From NCBI GenBank assembly GCA_017454945.1, contig JAFTCA010000121.1:118-64117 (forward strand): a DNA stretch of 64,000 bases, given 5' to 3'. The stretch is from Bacteroidales bacterium. GTDB lineage: Bacteria; Bacteroidota; Bacteroidia; Bacteroidales; WCHB1-69. Both the position numbers and the translations under genes were made by a program. How positions within the stretch are numbered: position 1 is the first letter of the stretch; each line of letters starts with the position of its first letter. Positions 47,554-60,200 of this stretch are shown one piece after another. The notes beneath the pieces are model-generated. The model was not told the DNA's origin. It made no database searches and saw nothing but the letters and a program-made list of their open reading frames with translations.

Positions 47554-49470
47554 ATGATTTCTATCAACAAACTTTCGGTCAATTTTACCGGCGATTTCCT
47601 TTTCCGCGATGTCTCTTTCGTCATTGGCGACAAAGACCGCATAGGCCTTGTCGGCAAGAACGGCGCCGGAAAGTCCACCCTGTTGAAAATCATACACAAG
47701 GAGATGGAACCCGAGTCAGGCAACATCATCATCACTTCCGGCTTCCGCACAGGCTACCTGCCACAAGAGATCTTTGGCAAGTACGATACCACCATCTGGG
47801 ATGAAACCATGTCGGCCTTCACGGAGCAGAAAAAACTGGAGAAACGCATGGAGCAGTTGGGCGCACAACTGGCCGACCGCACCGACTACGAGTCGGACGA
47901 GTACGCCAACTTGGCCCAACAACTCTCCGACGCCACCGACCGCTTCCATCAACTGGGCGGCAACACCATGGAAGGCGATGCCGAACGCGTGCTGACGGGC
48001 CTCGGCTTCAAAGCCAGCGACTTTGCACGACCGATGAAGGAGTTCAGCAACGGCTGGCAGATGCGCGTGTCGCTGGCCAAGATCCTGCTGCAAAATCCTG
48101 AAATCATCCTCCTCGACGAGCCCACCAACCATCTCGACATCGAGTCCATCCAGTGGCTCGAAGATTACCTAATGAACTACGACGGCTGCCTCATTCTGGT
48201 TTCCCACGACCGCGCCTTCCTCGACCGTGTTACCAATAGAACGGTGGAAATCACCTTGGGCAACATTCAAGACTACAAATGCTCCTACTCCGAATACGTT
48301 AACCAACGATTGGAGCGCATCGAGTCGCAGCAGTCGGCCTACGAAAACCAACAGAAGGAGATTGCCCAAATTGAGCGTTTCATCGAGCGTTTCCGCTATA
48401 AGGCCACCAAGGCCAAGCAGGTGCAGAGCCGCATCAAACTGCTCAACAAGATGGAGAAGGTGGAAGTGGACACCATCGACAACTCCGCCATCTCGTTCCG
48501 CTTCCCCCCTGCCCCACACTCGGGCCGCGTGACCGTTGAGTGCGAAGCCCTCGACTTAGGCTACGGCGACAATCATGTGCTCAACCATGTGGACTTCCAC
48601 CTCGAACGCGGACAAAAAGTGGCTTTTGTCGGCAAAAACGGAGAAGGCAAATCCACCATGGTCAAGGCCATCGTCGGCGAACTGGCCCCACAAGGCGGCA
48701 CCGTCAAACTCGGCCATCAGGTCACCATCGGCTACTACGCCCAAAACCAAGCCGCCCTGCTCAATCCCGACAAAACCGTTTTCGAGACCATCGATGAAAT
48801 CGCAGTAGGCGAAATAAGGCCAAAAATACGCACCATACTGGGTAGTTTTCTTTTTTCAACAGAAGATACCGAGAAAAAGGTCAAAGTGCTCTCAGGAGGC
48901 GAAAAATCGCGTTTGGCACTGGCCAAGCTTCTACTCTCCCCTTTCAACCTACTCATCCTTGACGAGCCGACCAACCATCTCGATATGGCCTCGAAGGACA
49001 TCTTGAAAAACGCCCTGTTGCAATATGAGGGCAGCATGATTCTGGTATCGCACGACCGCGACTTCCTGCAAGGACTCAGCGAGAAGGTAATAGAATTTAA
49101 AGACCACCAGATAAAGACCTATTTAGGCGATGTATATGATTTCTTAGAGAAGAAGAAAATCGACTCTCTGCACGAACTTCAACAAGGCGGCGAAAAAGGC
49201 CCTGCCGAGAAGAAGATTTCGACCAACAAGGAGAATTGGGAACGGAAAAAGGAGATGGAGGCGGAAGAGCGCAAGCGCAACAACCGAATCAAACGTATTG
49301 AGGAAGAGATCTACCGACTGGAAGAAGAGCGCCAAGCGATAGAAGAGAAACTGGCCAAGCCCGAAGAGTACGCCGCCGAGATTGCCTCCGGCGAGCTGTA
49401 CAAAGCTTACGAAGCCGTCAAGAACAAAATCGCCGAACAAGAAGAGCTCTGGAGCGAGCTTATCGGCTAA
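47554..49470 (+). CDS. ABC-F family ATP-binding protein
   Basis: Two ABC domains (GKNGAGKST / FSNGWQMR; GKNGEGKST / LSGGEKSR), LLDEPTNHLD twice, no TM segments, coiled-coil tail. Start at ATG 47554, after a TATTTTTG box. Confidence 0.95.
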   Translation: MISINKLSVNFTGDFLFRDVSFVIGDKDRIGLVGKNGAGKSTLLKIIHKEMEPESGNIIITSGFRTGYLPQEIFGKYDTTIWDETMSAFTEQKKLEKRMEQLGAQLADRTDYESDEYANLAQQLSDATDRFHQLGGNTMEGDAERVLTGLGFKASDFARPMKEFSNGWQMRVSLAKILLQNPEIILLDEPTNHLDIESIQWLEDYLMNYDGCLILVSHDRAFLDRVTNRTVEITLGNIQDYKCSYSEYVNQRLERIESQQSAYENQQKEIAQIERFIERFRYKATKAKQVQSRIKLLNKMEKVEVDTIDNSAISFRFPPAPHSGRVTVECEALDLGYGDNHVLNHVDFHLERGQKVAFVGKNGEGKSTMVKAIVGELAPQGGTVKLGHQVTIGYYAQNQAALLNPDKTVFETIDEIAVGEIRPKIRTILGSFLFSTEDTEKKVKVLSGGEKSRLALAKLLLSPFNLLILDEPTNHLDMASKDILKNALLQYEGSMILVSHDRDFLQGLSEKVIEFKDHQIKTYLGDVYDFLEKKKIDSLHELQQGGEKGPAEKKISTNKENWERKKEMEAEERKRNNRIKRIEEEIYRLEEERQAIEEKLAKPEEYAAEIASGELYKAYEAVKNKIAEQEELWSELIG

Positions 49471-49511
49471 GAATCCTTATTTTTTCAGTTAGCGATAACA
49501 CCTTCAGACAT

Positions 49512-49541
49512 TGTGGGGGCGTAGCGCGCTACGTCTCCACA
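49512..49541. repeat. REP-like palindrome (30 nt)
   Basis: tgtgggggcgtagcg-cgctacgtctccaca is self-complementary with G-T wobbles, between convergent genes. Confidence 0.7.
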
Positions 49542-49565
49542 GACAAACAATGCATCAAAGAGAAT

Positions 49566-49596
49566 AAAAAAAGCGTGTGCTTTCGCACACGCTTTT
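49566..49596 (-). terminator. intrinsic terminator after the OmpA-like gene
   Basis: Minus strand aaaagcgtgtgc-GAAA-gcacacgctttt, continuing into a T run. Confidence 0.85.
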
Positions 49597-49616
49597 CAGT
49601 TTAAGAGCCTTCAGAA

Positions 49617-51155
49617 TTATTTCTTCATGATTCTGAAGATAGCAGCACGGTGTTCTTCACGGCTGGGCTCAGTAATGTTGTTCTTGTTTTCCTTATCCTT
49701 AACGGTGTAAGCAGCCGTTCTGATTTGGTTTTCAGGAACGCCCTTTTCGATGAAGATACGTTTGATGCTTTCTGATCTGCGTTGTGCCAGGTCTCTGTTG
49801 TGTTCTTCAGTACCCAGGTCGCAGGTGTAACCTTCGATGATTACATACAGACTCTTATCTTTCTTCAATACCTCAACGGCATTGTCGATGTGATCGTTTT
49901 GTTCGGTGATCTTAGGAATATCTTTATCCAGGTCGAACAGGATCTTAATCTTAGACAAGCTTTCGGCCAGTTCTTTGATATTCTTCTTTTCTTGCGGGCT
50001 CATCTTCTTGCCATTGCCATTGCCATTGTCATCGCCTTCATCATCATCGTCATATCCTTCAGGACATTGAGGAATAATGTAAACGACTTCGGTGGTCTTT
50101 TCAACACAAGGAGTAGCGGCTTTCTTCATCATCTCTTCGTAGAAACGTTTCTTCAGAGATTTTTCAGACTTCAGGTCAGCATTGATGTGGATACCAACCT
50201 TAACACCTACTTGGAGCAGATGCCATTTGGTTCTTACGCTGATACCGTTGTCGATATTCTCTTGACGTTTGTTGAATTGATCATGATAATCGGAACCCAG
50301 CAAGCCATTGTATTTAATACCCTTGGTCAAGTCGGTATTATTTTCAATGAAAGTGTGTTTGTTTTCATCTTTGGGAAGAATATCGAGGAAACCGATGCTG
50401 CAGAACAAACCGGTGTAGAAATCAACCTTGTTGTTCAATGCAAAGATGGCACCAAAATCAGATTGGAAATCAAGTGAGCATCTCAGTTTGGTTCTGCCAT
50501 TGCCGCCTTCGAAATCGTAGGTAGTGAAACCGTGTTGTTCCATATCTTGATACAGAACATCGAGGTATTCGTCATAACCCTTGGTGATCAACTCGCCATT
50601 AGACATCATTGAGTGGTTGTAAACAGGGAAATAACCCTTCAAACCCATAGCTGCCCAGAGGCCGATCTTATTGTTGAATCTCCATTCGAATTGAGCTGTC
50701 AAAGGCACTTCGATAGCCGTAACATATTGTTTCTCGAACAAATCATTGGTAGTGTAAAGCAAATCGTAGTTGCTGGGAGTGTAACCTTCGGGAACATATT
50801 CGTCACCGCCGGCATTCTCTTGTACGCCCATCAAATTCAAGTTTGCTTTAGCGTGGATATTAGAAACGCCAACACCTATACCAATTCCCCAATGTTGATT
50901 GAAGAAGTATGAATAACCTATTTCAAAAATAGCACCTAATGAATAGGATTGTCTGATTTCGGGAGCAGGTATTCTTTTGTAGATGTTGTTAGTAAAAGCG
51001 CCTCCAAAGTGGATATTAACTCGGTTGTGGGAGAAATTAGAAGCTACAGTCGTATCTTGCGGAGCAGCAGCCGACTTAGTTTCATCCTGCACATCCTGAG
51101 CAAACGAGGTAAACATTGCTAAAATAAGACTGATTAAAACTAATTGATTTTTCAT
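49617..51155 (-). CDS. outer-membrane beta-barrel fused to an OmpA-like peptidoglycan-binding domain
   Basis: Signal peptide; amphipathic strands (GAIFEIGYSYFFNQHWGIGIGVGVS, AIEVPLTAQF, VGVKVGIHI); acidic/Gly linker; ILFDLDK, IEGYTCDLG...NRDLAQRRSESIK and HRAA. Confidence 0.9.
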   Translation of the reverse strand: MKNQLVLISLILAMFTSFAQDVQDETKSAAAPQDTTVASNFSHNRVNIHFGGAFTNNIYKRIPAPEIRQSYSLGAIFEIGYSYFFNQHWGIGIGVGVSNIHAKANLNLMGVQENAGGDEYVPEGYTPSNYDLLYTTNDLFEKQYVTAIEVPLTAQFEWRFNNKIGLWAAMGLKGYFPVYNHSMMSNGELITKGYDEYLDVLYQDMEQHGFTTYDFEGGNGRTKLRCSLDFQSDFGAIFALNNKVDFYTGLFCSIGFLDILPKDENKHTFIENNTDLTKGIKYNGLLGSDYHDQFNKRQENIDNGISVRTKWHLLQVGVKVGIHINADLKSEKSLKKRFYEEMMKKAATPCVEKTTEVVYIIPQCPEGYDDDDEGDDNGNGNGKKMSPQEKKNIKELAESLSKIKILFDLDKDIPKITEQNDHIDNAVEVLKKDKSLYVIIEGYTCDLGTEEHNRDLAQRRSESIKRIFIEKGVPENQIRTAAYTVKDKENKNNITEPSREEHRAAIFRIMKK

Positions 51156-51200
51156 AATATTGATATTTTTTATTTTCGTTATTACTTATTTATCTTACTT

Positions 51201-51247
51201 ATTCCGGTTGGCCGACGGCTTCATGCGAAGCCGTCAACCTCGGGAAT
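51201..51247 (-). other. intercistronic stem-loop without a U tract, between the giant gene and the OmpA-like gene
   Basis: gacggcttc 51214-51222 / gaagccgtc 51227-51235, with outer attccg/cgggaat pairing. Confidence 0.55.
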
Positions 51248-51251
51248 ATGT

Positions 51252-54200
51252 TTAATGTACAATAATGAATTTAACAGTCTTGATTTCGTTAGTACCAGTC
51301 GTTACTCGGCCGAAGTAGGTGCCAGCAGCGTGGAAGCCACGTACCTTGGTAACTTGTTCGATTACCGAGATGTGCTGTACGAGAGCACCCTTGTCATCGT
51401 AGATGTCAAGTACGCCACCTTCGAGTTCTTCCTCGGTTAACGGGAGTTCGATGGTTACTTCTTGATCAACGTGAGCAGGTGTCGGGTAAACCTTGATACG
51501 AGCCGCAGTAGCAATTGCAATTTCGCAGGATTCGAATACTCTACCATCTTCGGTCATTGCCCATAATGAGTAGTATCCGTTCAGACCACCAACCTCATTG
51601 TAGTATTGGCCAGTAGCACCGGGGATAGGCTCACCATTCTTGTACCATTGGTAAGCTACGAATCTGTAACCACCGTTGGTCTCAGGATTGTTATTGGCAA
51701 CGACAACGTCATCCCATCTTTGTTCAACAACCTTACCAGCACCACCAGCGCCCATGAGAACTCTAACGGTTACAGGATAGATACATTCGTCGATCAGGAT
51801 GGTGAATTCGTAATCGCCAGGTTCAGCACCAGTAAAGTCGATGTTGATGTTGCTACCGTCGAACGGTTCGTCAGTGTAATCATTCATACCGTAATCTGAG
51901 AGACCGGTGGTCGAGAATGCGGTAGGATTACCAGAGATAGCCGTTACGTGGAATGTAGCAGTAGCGTTTTCATCAGGACAAACCTTTACAAAATTGGTGT
52001 CGAAATCCATATCGGATACAACTACGGTTACGTATGAGTCAGCAGCGTTCGGAGCAGCCTCGCAGAAGGCATCGCCTAAGCTGTAGATGTGGTAAGTAGT
52101 TGTCTTGGACGGAGTAACGAAGATGCTATACGGATTTTCATAGGTTGTGTATGAAGTCGTAGCATTGGTGTTCATATCTTGTACGAAGAAGGTGAACGGA
52201 GCAGTACCAGTGAAGGATACGATGATTTCTGCAGTTTCGTAAGTACAGATGATGTCGCTGCCTTCTGCTGTTTCAGCAATTGCGGTAGGAGTAGCGTGAA
52301 CTTCAACCTTGGTTCCTTCGGGTGCCTCGAGTACGCAGTTGCTACCCATAGGTCCGTTGTAGGTCGGATAGTAGAAGTAAGTGCCTTCCTTAGCGATATC
52401 GTAGCTGAAGCCACCGAGTTCGCCGTCAACGCCGCTTTCAGCGCCGTCAGAGAATTTCTTCCAGATGATGAAGCCACCATTGTTACCATTGTTATCCTGA
52501 ACACCACCCTTAACGGTAGCAGCAAGTTCGATAATTTCGCCTTCGCACATTTCAGGATATCTTACAACTGTAGAAGTCCAGTAAGGTTGAGTAACAACGT
52601 GAGTGGTTACTTGGTCTGAAGTCTGTTTACATGACTCAACAGTAGGAACGGCGGTTACAGTGTAGATGTATTCACCGTAGGTCAGGCTGTTGTCTGTAGT
52701 CAGAGTTTCACCATTGTCGGGGAGGATTCTGTTGTTACGTCTCCATTGATATTCGTATTCACCAACACCACCTTCGATTTGAGCAGTCAATTCGATAGAA
52801 CCGCCTTCGCAGACATCTAACAGACCGTCCCATACGATGGTTACATCAGGTTGATTAGCTACTTCAACAGTGATAGGTTCTGATTCAGCAGCGCAACCAG
52901 TCAGGATGGTGGATTCAGTTTGTTCAACAGTAACAACATATTCGTATGTACCTGCAACGGTCAGCATATCGGTGAAGGTAGCACCCGTTACGTTCGAGAT
53001 AACCTCGCCGTTTCTGGTCCATCTGTAGGTTACATTTTCAGTATTTTCCATACCACCGGTTACGGTAGCGGTAAGAACGGTCTTACCACCAACGCACATC
53101 TCAGTGATAGAAGCTTCAGCAGTTACAACAGGATCTGCAACAACTTCTACATCTGCAGTAGCGGTGTATGTGCAATTTGAATTCGACTTGCCAGCGGCAA
53201 CCTCAACAGAGTATTGTTGTGTGCCTTCGGTAAGCGTGTTAGGTGTGGTGTAGGTAGCGTTGGTAGCACCAGCGATTTCTTCACCATTCAAGAACCACTT
53301 GTAGTAGTAAGTACCAGGAGTTGCAACGTTAGCAACCAAGGTTACGCTACCACCTTCGCAGATGGTTCCGTTACCAGTGATAACTGCAACAGGTCCTTCA
53401 ATTACGTCAGCAATTACAGACTCTGAAATTGCGTTACATCCGTGGTTGGTAGCACCGTCAACAACCGGGGTGATTTCTACAGTGTAGTAGTAGTGATCAG
53501 CGGTGTTGGTAGCTTCCAGTGAAGTCGGAGTGGTGTAGGTCGACTGGTTAGCACCAGCAATCTGTTCGCCATTGAGGTACCATGCATATTCGTACTCAGC
53601 ACCTTCGATACCGCCGATTACTTCAGCAGTCAGGACTACAGAACCACCTTCGCATACGTCTTGAGCACCCTTGATAACAACCTTCGGGTCAGCAACTACG
53701 TTAGCGTCAACAGCAGCTGATTGAGCAACGCAACCAGAAACGAGGTTCTTGATGGTTACGGTGTAGGTGTAATCACCTGCGCTGAGAGCGTTAGAAGTTA
53801 CGTATGAAGGAGTATTAGCACCGTAGATAGCAGTACCGTTTCTGTACCATTGATATTCGGTGTAGCTTTCGTCAGCAGGAGTTACTTCTGCAGTCAGAGT
53901 AACAGTACCACCAACACATACATTGTCTGCACCTTCGATGGTTACATCAGGAACTTCAAGTACGTTAGCTTCGAGTTCATTTGACCAAGCGGCACATTCA
54001 ACACCCGTTTGAGTTACATACAAGGTGTATTCGTAAGTACCAGCGGCCAATTCAGGATCGGTTACCAAAGTAGGATTGGTTTCACCAGCCAGGATGATAC
54101 CGTTTCTGTACCATTGATAGCTGTTTTCGCCAATACCACCAGTTACTTCAGATACGAGGAAGGTCTTACCGCCTTCGCAAACATCTGCGTCGTAGGTTTC

Positions 54201-57200
54201 AGCAACCTTGATGGTTACTTCAGGATCAGCAACTACTTGAACATTGGCTACGTTGGAGGTTGCGCCGCAGTTGTAAGCTGAATCAGCAGGTTCAACGGTC
54301 AACTGATAAGCATAGTCACCAGCAGTCAAATCATCAGGTAATGTGTAAGTATCCTGACCTTCAGCAACGGTTTCACCGTTTTGCTTCCAGATGTAGTTGT
54401 AAGTACCTAAGCCGTTAACTCCGGCAACACCGCCTTCGATAGTAGCAGTCAAAGTAGCTGTACCACCTTCGCAGATTGCGTCGTAGTTGCTTGCAATAGT
54501 TACAACAGGAGCTTTAACAACGGTTACCTCTACAACATTAGACTTATTGTTGCAGCCGGTCTTACCTTGCTTGATTTCTACAAAGAAGTTGTAAGAAGTT
54601 TCTCTTGCAGTCAGGTCGGCAATGGTCAGCGTATTGTTGGTCTCGCCTTCCATAGCTACATTGTCTTTGTACCATTGATACTCGGTGTCAGCGGTACCAC
54701 CAACTACGTTAGCAGTTAAGGTAACTTGACCACCTTCGCATACAACAGGACTACCTGCAACTTCAACTTCTACAGTAGGATTAGCATAAACGGTAACGGT
54801 TTGTTCTGCAGTGTAAACTTCAGATTCGCAACCGCTAATAGGTTGAGTAACCTTAACAGCGTAAGTGTAAACGGTAGAGTCACCGTCGGTTGTCAAGGCG
54901 TATTCAACGAATTTCTTACCGTTGATACCTTCAAGTACTTGACCGTTTCTGTACCAAGTGTAAACTGCTTCGCCTTCGAATGCTAATGAATCAATAGCTT
55001 CGATTTCTACAGCACCACCTTCGCAGATTTCGGTTTGTGAGAAGGTAATAGAATCAATCTTAGGATCTGCCACAACGGTCAGTTTAATAGTATCACCAGC
55101 AACGCAGTCTGATGTCTTCTGGCCTACGGATACGATGAACTCGTATTCACCGGCGGTCAGGTTCTTAGCATTGTAGGTGGCTTGGGTTGCACCAGCGATT
55201 TCGGTGGTGTCACCGTCAACTACCTTAGTCCATTGATACATCAGGTTGTCGGCATTGTAATCAGCCAGGTTAGCAGTGAAGGTTGCTTCGCCGCCTTCGC
55301 AGATTGCAGTGTCGGTTGCGGTTACAGTTACGATAGGAGCAGCGTTAACCAATACTTGGAACGGAGCGCTTACTGCTTCGCAGCCGTTGTTTCTATTAAC
55401 AACTACCGTGAAGATGTAAGGATCAACACTGTCGTTCAGCAGAGTATCAAGTTCTTTACCTTCGGCAATCTTAACATTGTCAAGTCTCCATTCGTAAGTC
55501 ATATCAACAGCGTCAGTCAGGGTGTCATTTACATTGGCAGTCAAGTGAACATTGGTACCGTTGCAGATGATAGGATCACCACTGATAACTACAGAAGGAT
55601 TAGCATTAACAACTACCGTCTTCGAGTAAACCATCTTGGCGTCGCAGCCCGTACCAGCCAGCGTTACAACTGCGCTGTAAACGAATTCTGCTTGGTCGCC
55701 ATCGGTTACGGTCAGATAGTCAGTAAAGGTTGAATCTACAACGCCTTCCATCAGAGCACCGTTCTTGTACCAAGTGTAGGTGGCAGCACCATTAATGCTG
55801 TCGTTCTTGGTTACGAATGCAGTTACTACGATAGGAGCACCTTCGCAGATCATAGTGTCGCTAACAGAGATAGAGTCGATAACAGGATCAGCAACTACAG
55901 TCAGTTTAGCTGAGCCAGTAGCTTCGCAGTCTGATGTCTTCTGACCTACGGTTACGATGTACTCGTAATTACCTGCGGTCAGGTTCTTAGCGGTGTAGGT
56001 TGCTTGGGTTGCACCAGCGATTTCGGTGGTGTCACCGTCAACTACTGCCCATTGATACATCAGGTTGTCGGCATTGTAATCAGCCAGGTTAGCGGTGAAG
56101 GTTACATCACCACCTTCGCAGATTGCAGTGTCGGTTGCGGTTACAGTTACGATAGGAGCAGCGTTAACCAATACTTGGAACGGAGCGCTTACTGCTTCGC
56201 AGCCGTTGTTTCTATTAACAACTACCGTGAAGGTGTAAGGATCGATGCTGTCGTTCATCAGAGTATCGAGTTCTTTGCCCTCAGCAATCTTAACATTGTC
56301 AAGTCTCCATTCGTAGGTGATTTCAGCAGCGTCGGTCAGGGTGTCATTTACATTGGCAGTCAAGTGAACATTGGTACCGTTGCAGATGATAGGATCACCG
56401 CTGATAACTACAGTAGGATTAGCATTCACAACAACTGTCTTCGAGTAAACCATCTTGGCGTCGCAGCCCGTACCAGCCAGTGTTACAACTGCGCTGTAAA
56501 CGAATTCTGCTTGGTCGCCGTCGGTTACGGTCGGATAGTCAGTGAAGGTTGAATCTACGATGCCTTCCATCAGAGCACCGTTCTTGTACCAAGTGTAGGT
56601 GGCAGCACCGTTAATGCTGTCGCTCTTGGTTACGAATGCGGTTACTACGATAGGAGCACCTTCGCAGATCATAGTGTCGCTAACTGAGATAGAATCGATA
56701 ACAGGATCAGCAATTACATTCAATTTGAAGGTATCGCCAACAACACAGTCTGAAGTCTTCTGGCTTACGGCTACGATAAATTCGTATTCACCGGCGGTCA
56801 GGTTCTTAGCTGTGTAAGCATCCTTGGTTGCACCAGCGAGTTCGGTGGTGTCACCATCGGCTACCATAGTCCATTGATACATCAGTTCGTCAGCATTGTA
56901 ATCGTTGAGGTTTGCAGTGAAGGTTGCTTCGCCGCCTTCGCAGATTACAGTGTCAGTTGCAGTGATGTTAACTACAGGAGCTGCGTTAACCAATACTTGG
57001 AACGGAGCGCTTTCGGTACGACAACCAGCATTTCTTGTTACAACAACAGTGAAGTTGTAAGGATCAACACTAGCTTCGAAGAGAGAATCAAGTTCTTTAC
57101 CCTCAGCAATGGTAACATTGTCGAGTCTCCATTCATATTGAACTGCTAAGGTGTCACCAGTGATGGTATCATTAGCATTGGCAGTCAAGTGGATGTTGTT

Positions 57201-60200
57201 ACCTGCGCAGATGACAGGATCACCGCTGATAACTACAGTAGGATTAGCTACCACTTGTACATTGAATGTATCGGTTGCGATAGCGCAAGTGTAGTTAGAA
57301 TAGGTTACTTCAACTGCGTAGAGATAGTTGGTAACATCGTAATCGGCGGTCAGCGGTGATGATGAATAGTAGTTCTTGTCAGCACCTCCGATCTTCTTGC
57401 CGTTTACATACCATTGATAGTAAGGAGTACCAAAGTAAATTGAATCTTCAGCATTGGTCAAGTTCGAATCAATGATTGAGAAGTTAACCTGACCACCGTC
57501 GCACATAACGTAGAGGTCATTAGCTTCTTTGATTTCAATTTCTTTAAGTTCTCTAGCGGGAACGATTTCGAATGTATCGGAAACTGCGCTACAAATTGAG
57601 GTTGCGAATACAGATTCTACAAAGTACTTACCAGCTTCGTCGAAGTTGTAGTAGTTTTCGTAGGTAACAGCAACAGTGTCGCTATCTGAAGTGAACCAAA
57701 TCCATTTGTAGGGTTGTTCAATCATGCTTGAGAATGTCTCAGCTACGAAAGTTGTAGTAGCACCGGGGCAGAGGTTGGTGTCACCCTTAGCCAGTACAAC
57801 AGGAGTTTCGATAACATTGAAGTAGAATACAGGTGAAAGAACGCTTTCGCATCCGTCGCGGGTGATTTCTACGTAGAACTCGTGGTTACCAGCACCGAGA
57901 GAGTCGGTATTGATTACGTATTGAGGTTCGGTAGCACCTACGATATAGTCACCGAAGTATTTCCATTGATATTTATGGCCGATTTGGTCACCTTCAACGA
58001 TGGCGGTCAGGGTTACGATTGAACCTTCGCAAGCAGATTCAATACCTTCGATACGAACGAGGATATCGTTAGCAACGATGGCTTGAACGATGCCAGATTT
58101 TGCGGAGCAACCGGAAGCTGAATCGGTAACTTCTACAAAGTAGTAGTATTGACCAGCAGCCATGTTAGAAGGAGTATTGTAAACTTCTGCGTTGGCACCG
58201 GCGATAGGTTGTTCAGTACCATTTTCGCCTGACATATACCATTGATAAGTATAAGAACCGCTACCACCAGCAACCTGAGCAGTATAAGTTACAGAGGTTG
58301 ACTGACCGTTGAGAGCAACGTTTTGCGGTGAAGCAGGAGTGATAGCAACTTGCAGTGTGCCGTAGTCGGGAAGTTCAACTTCAGCCGTAGCAGCAACAAC
58401 ACCACCAGCCATGATAGCTTCGATGGTATATTTACCAGGAGCAGCGTTGTTCAATACGTTAGTAGCTTCAGAAAGTTCTTCGCCGTCGAGAACCCAGTGA
58501 TAACGATTAATTGAAGAAGCGTCGCCAACCGGAGTAACGGTGATGGAAGCAGTCTTCTGTGAGCAATCGTAACCATTAACATCAACGTCGAGGATGATAG
58601 TATCCATTACATGGAGTACAAATTCAGAAGTGATGGCCTCGCAACCACAACCTGATTGCTTAATAGCAGCATAGTAGTGGTGATCGCCGTAAGCCAAGTC
58701 AGCAGGTAATCTCAAGGTATCGCCAGTAGCACCTTCGATAAGTACATTTTCTTTGTACCATTGAACTTCGGTAACTTCGCCATAACCGCGAGATACGTTG
58801 CAAACGAGCATTGAATCGGTATAACCGAAGGGCAATACGGTAGGACCAGTGATTGATGCCATAGGATCGGACAGCACGGTGATGCGAACGCCAGGAACCA
58901 TTGAGTAGCAAGAGTTGGTATCGCAAGCGTGGCAGAGGAATGAGAAGCCAGATACTCTGATTTGATATACATAAGCAGTGGCGTTATTCTCATTTTCGTG
59001 CAAGCTCGGGTTGGTGATGAATGAGATAACAGTATCACCAGGCAGCGTGCTCATTTCTTCAGAAATAGGCATACCATTTTCAAATACTCTATAGTAGAAT
59101 ACATGTTTGTCTGAAGGAGCGTGTTTGAAGTAAGCCTTCGAATTGGTAATTGTAGCTGAAACTACAACACTACCACCTGAGCAGATAGTATCGTGATCTG
59201 CGGTGAGTTCAACCTGGATATTGGGGTGAACCTTGATCAGAGGAGTAGTAGCGTGGATAGGACAGTTGTAACCTTCGGTGTTGGCCAGCAAGTGGTAGCA
59301 GAATACACCACCTTCGTCCATTGCATCTTCGAAAGTATCCAGCGTGTCTAATGCATCTGAATAGTGAGGACACAAGTTGTCGAGATCAAATTCAGGACAA
59401 GTAAAGATACCTGAACCGGGATCAACCTCTTCAGCTTCGCACTTGAACCATTCGTAGGTTTGGATATCAGGTTTCTCTTCGGGTTTAATGATACCGTCGA
59501 GGAATACAGGAGTACCGGCACAAACTTCAAGTGCAGAAGGAACTGCGAGCAGCTCTTCGATCGGGTTCTTAGCTGTGTGAATAATGATAGAGTCTTCACT
59601 GTAGCAGCCAGTTACTTCGTTGAGAGCCTTAATGTAATAAATTCTCACTTCGTCTTCGTCGAACGGAGTCGTCGTCAAAGTGGGGAATGAGTTGAGGTCA
59701 AGTTGATCTGTAAAAATATATTCGCCAGTGAGAGAATCTTTCATTGACCAATAATATACAAACTCAGGATTCCAAGTATCTTGTTTCAATGTCAGGATTG
59801 TGTTATAGCCAGGACACGGTTTCAGATAGTTGGTATCGATAGTAACTGAAGGATTAGGATAAACAACCAACGTGTCGGTGAAACTCATTTCGCAGTCGGT
59901 GGTATCCTGATGTACGTTCAAAGTGATGTAGTGGGTACCTTCCTTCAGAGAATCGAAGAAGTGTTTAATTTCTTCAACATCGCTGGTGATAGTGGCTTGG
60001 CTCAGAGTAAGGGTTTGCTGACCAGGAGCAACTGGCAGGTCTTTCTCTTCCTTCAAAACCACAACATCCGAACCAGAACCGTAGGTCCATTGGTAATCGT
60101 AAGTGTACTTAACAATGTCGAAGGTAACATTAGCTACAAATTCAGCTTCGTCACCGTAACGCTGACAGATAGTGTCATTGTTAGAGGTGATGTGAATCTT

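Noticed and set aside
3925-47697. Upstream starts given in the ORF track (3925, 7411, 19254, 43007, 42916, 47697, 47338)
   Set aside because: These extensions run over promoter boxes, tRNA or neighbouring genes. Downstream ATGs give proper signal peptides or family-typical N-termini.
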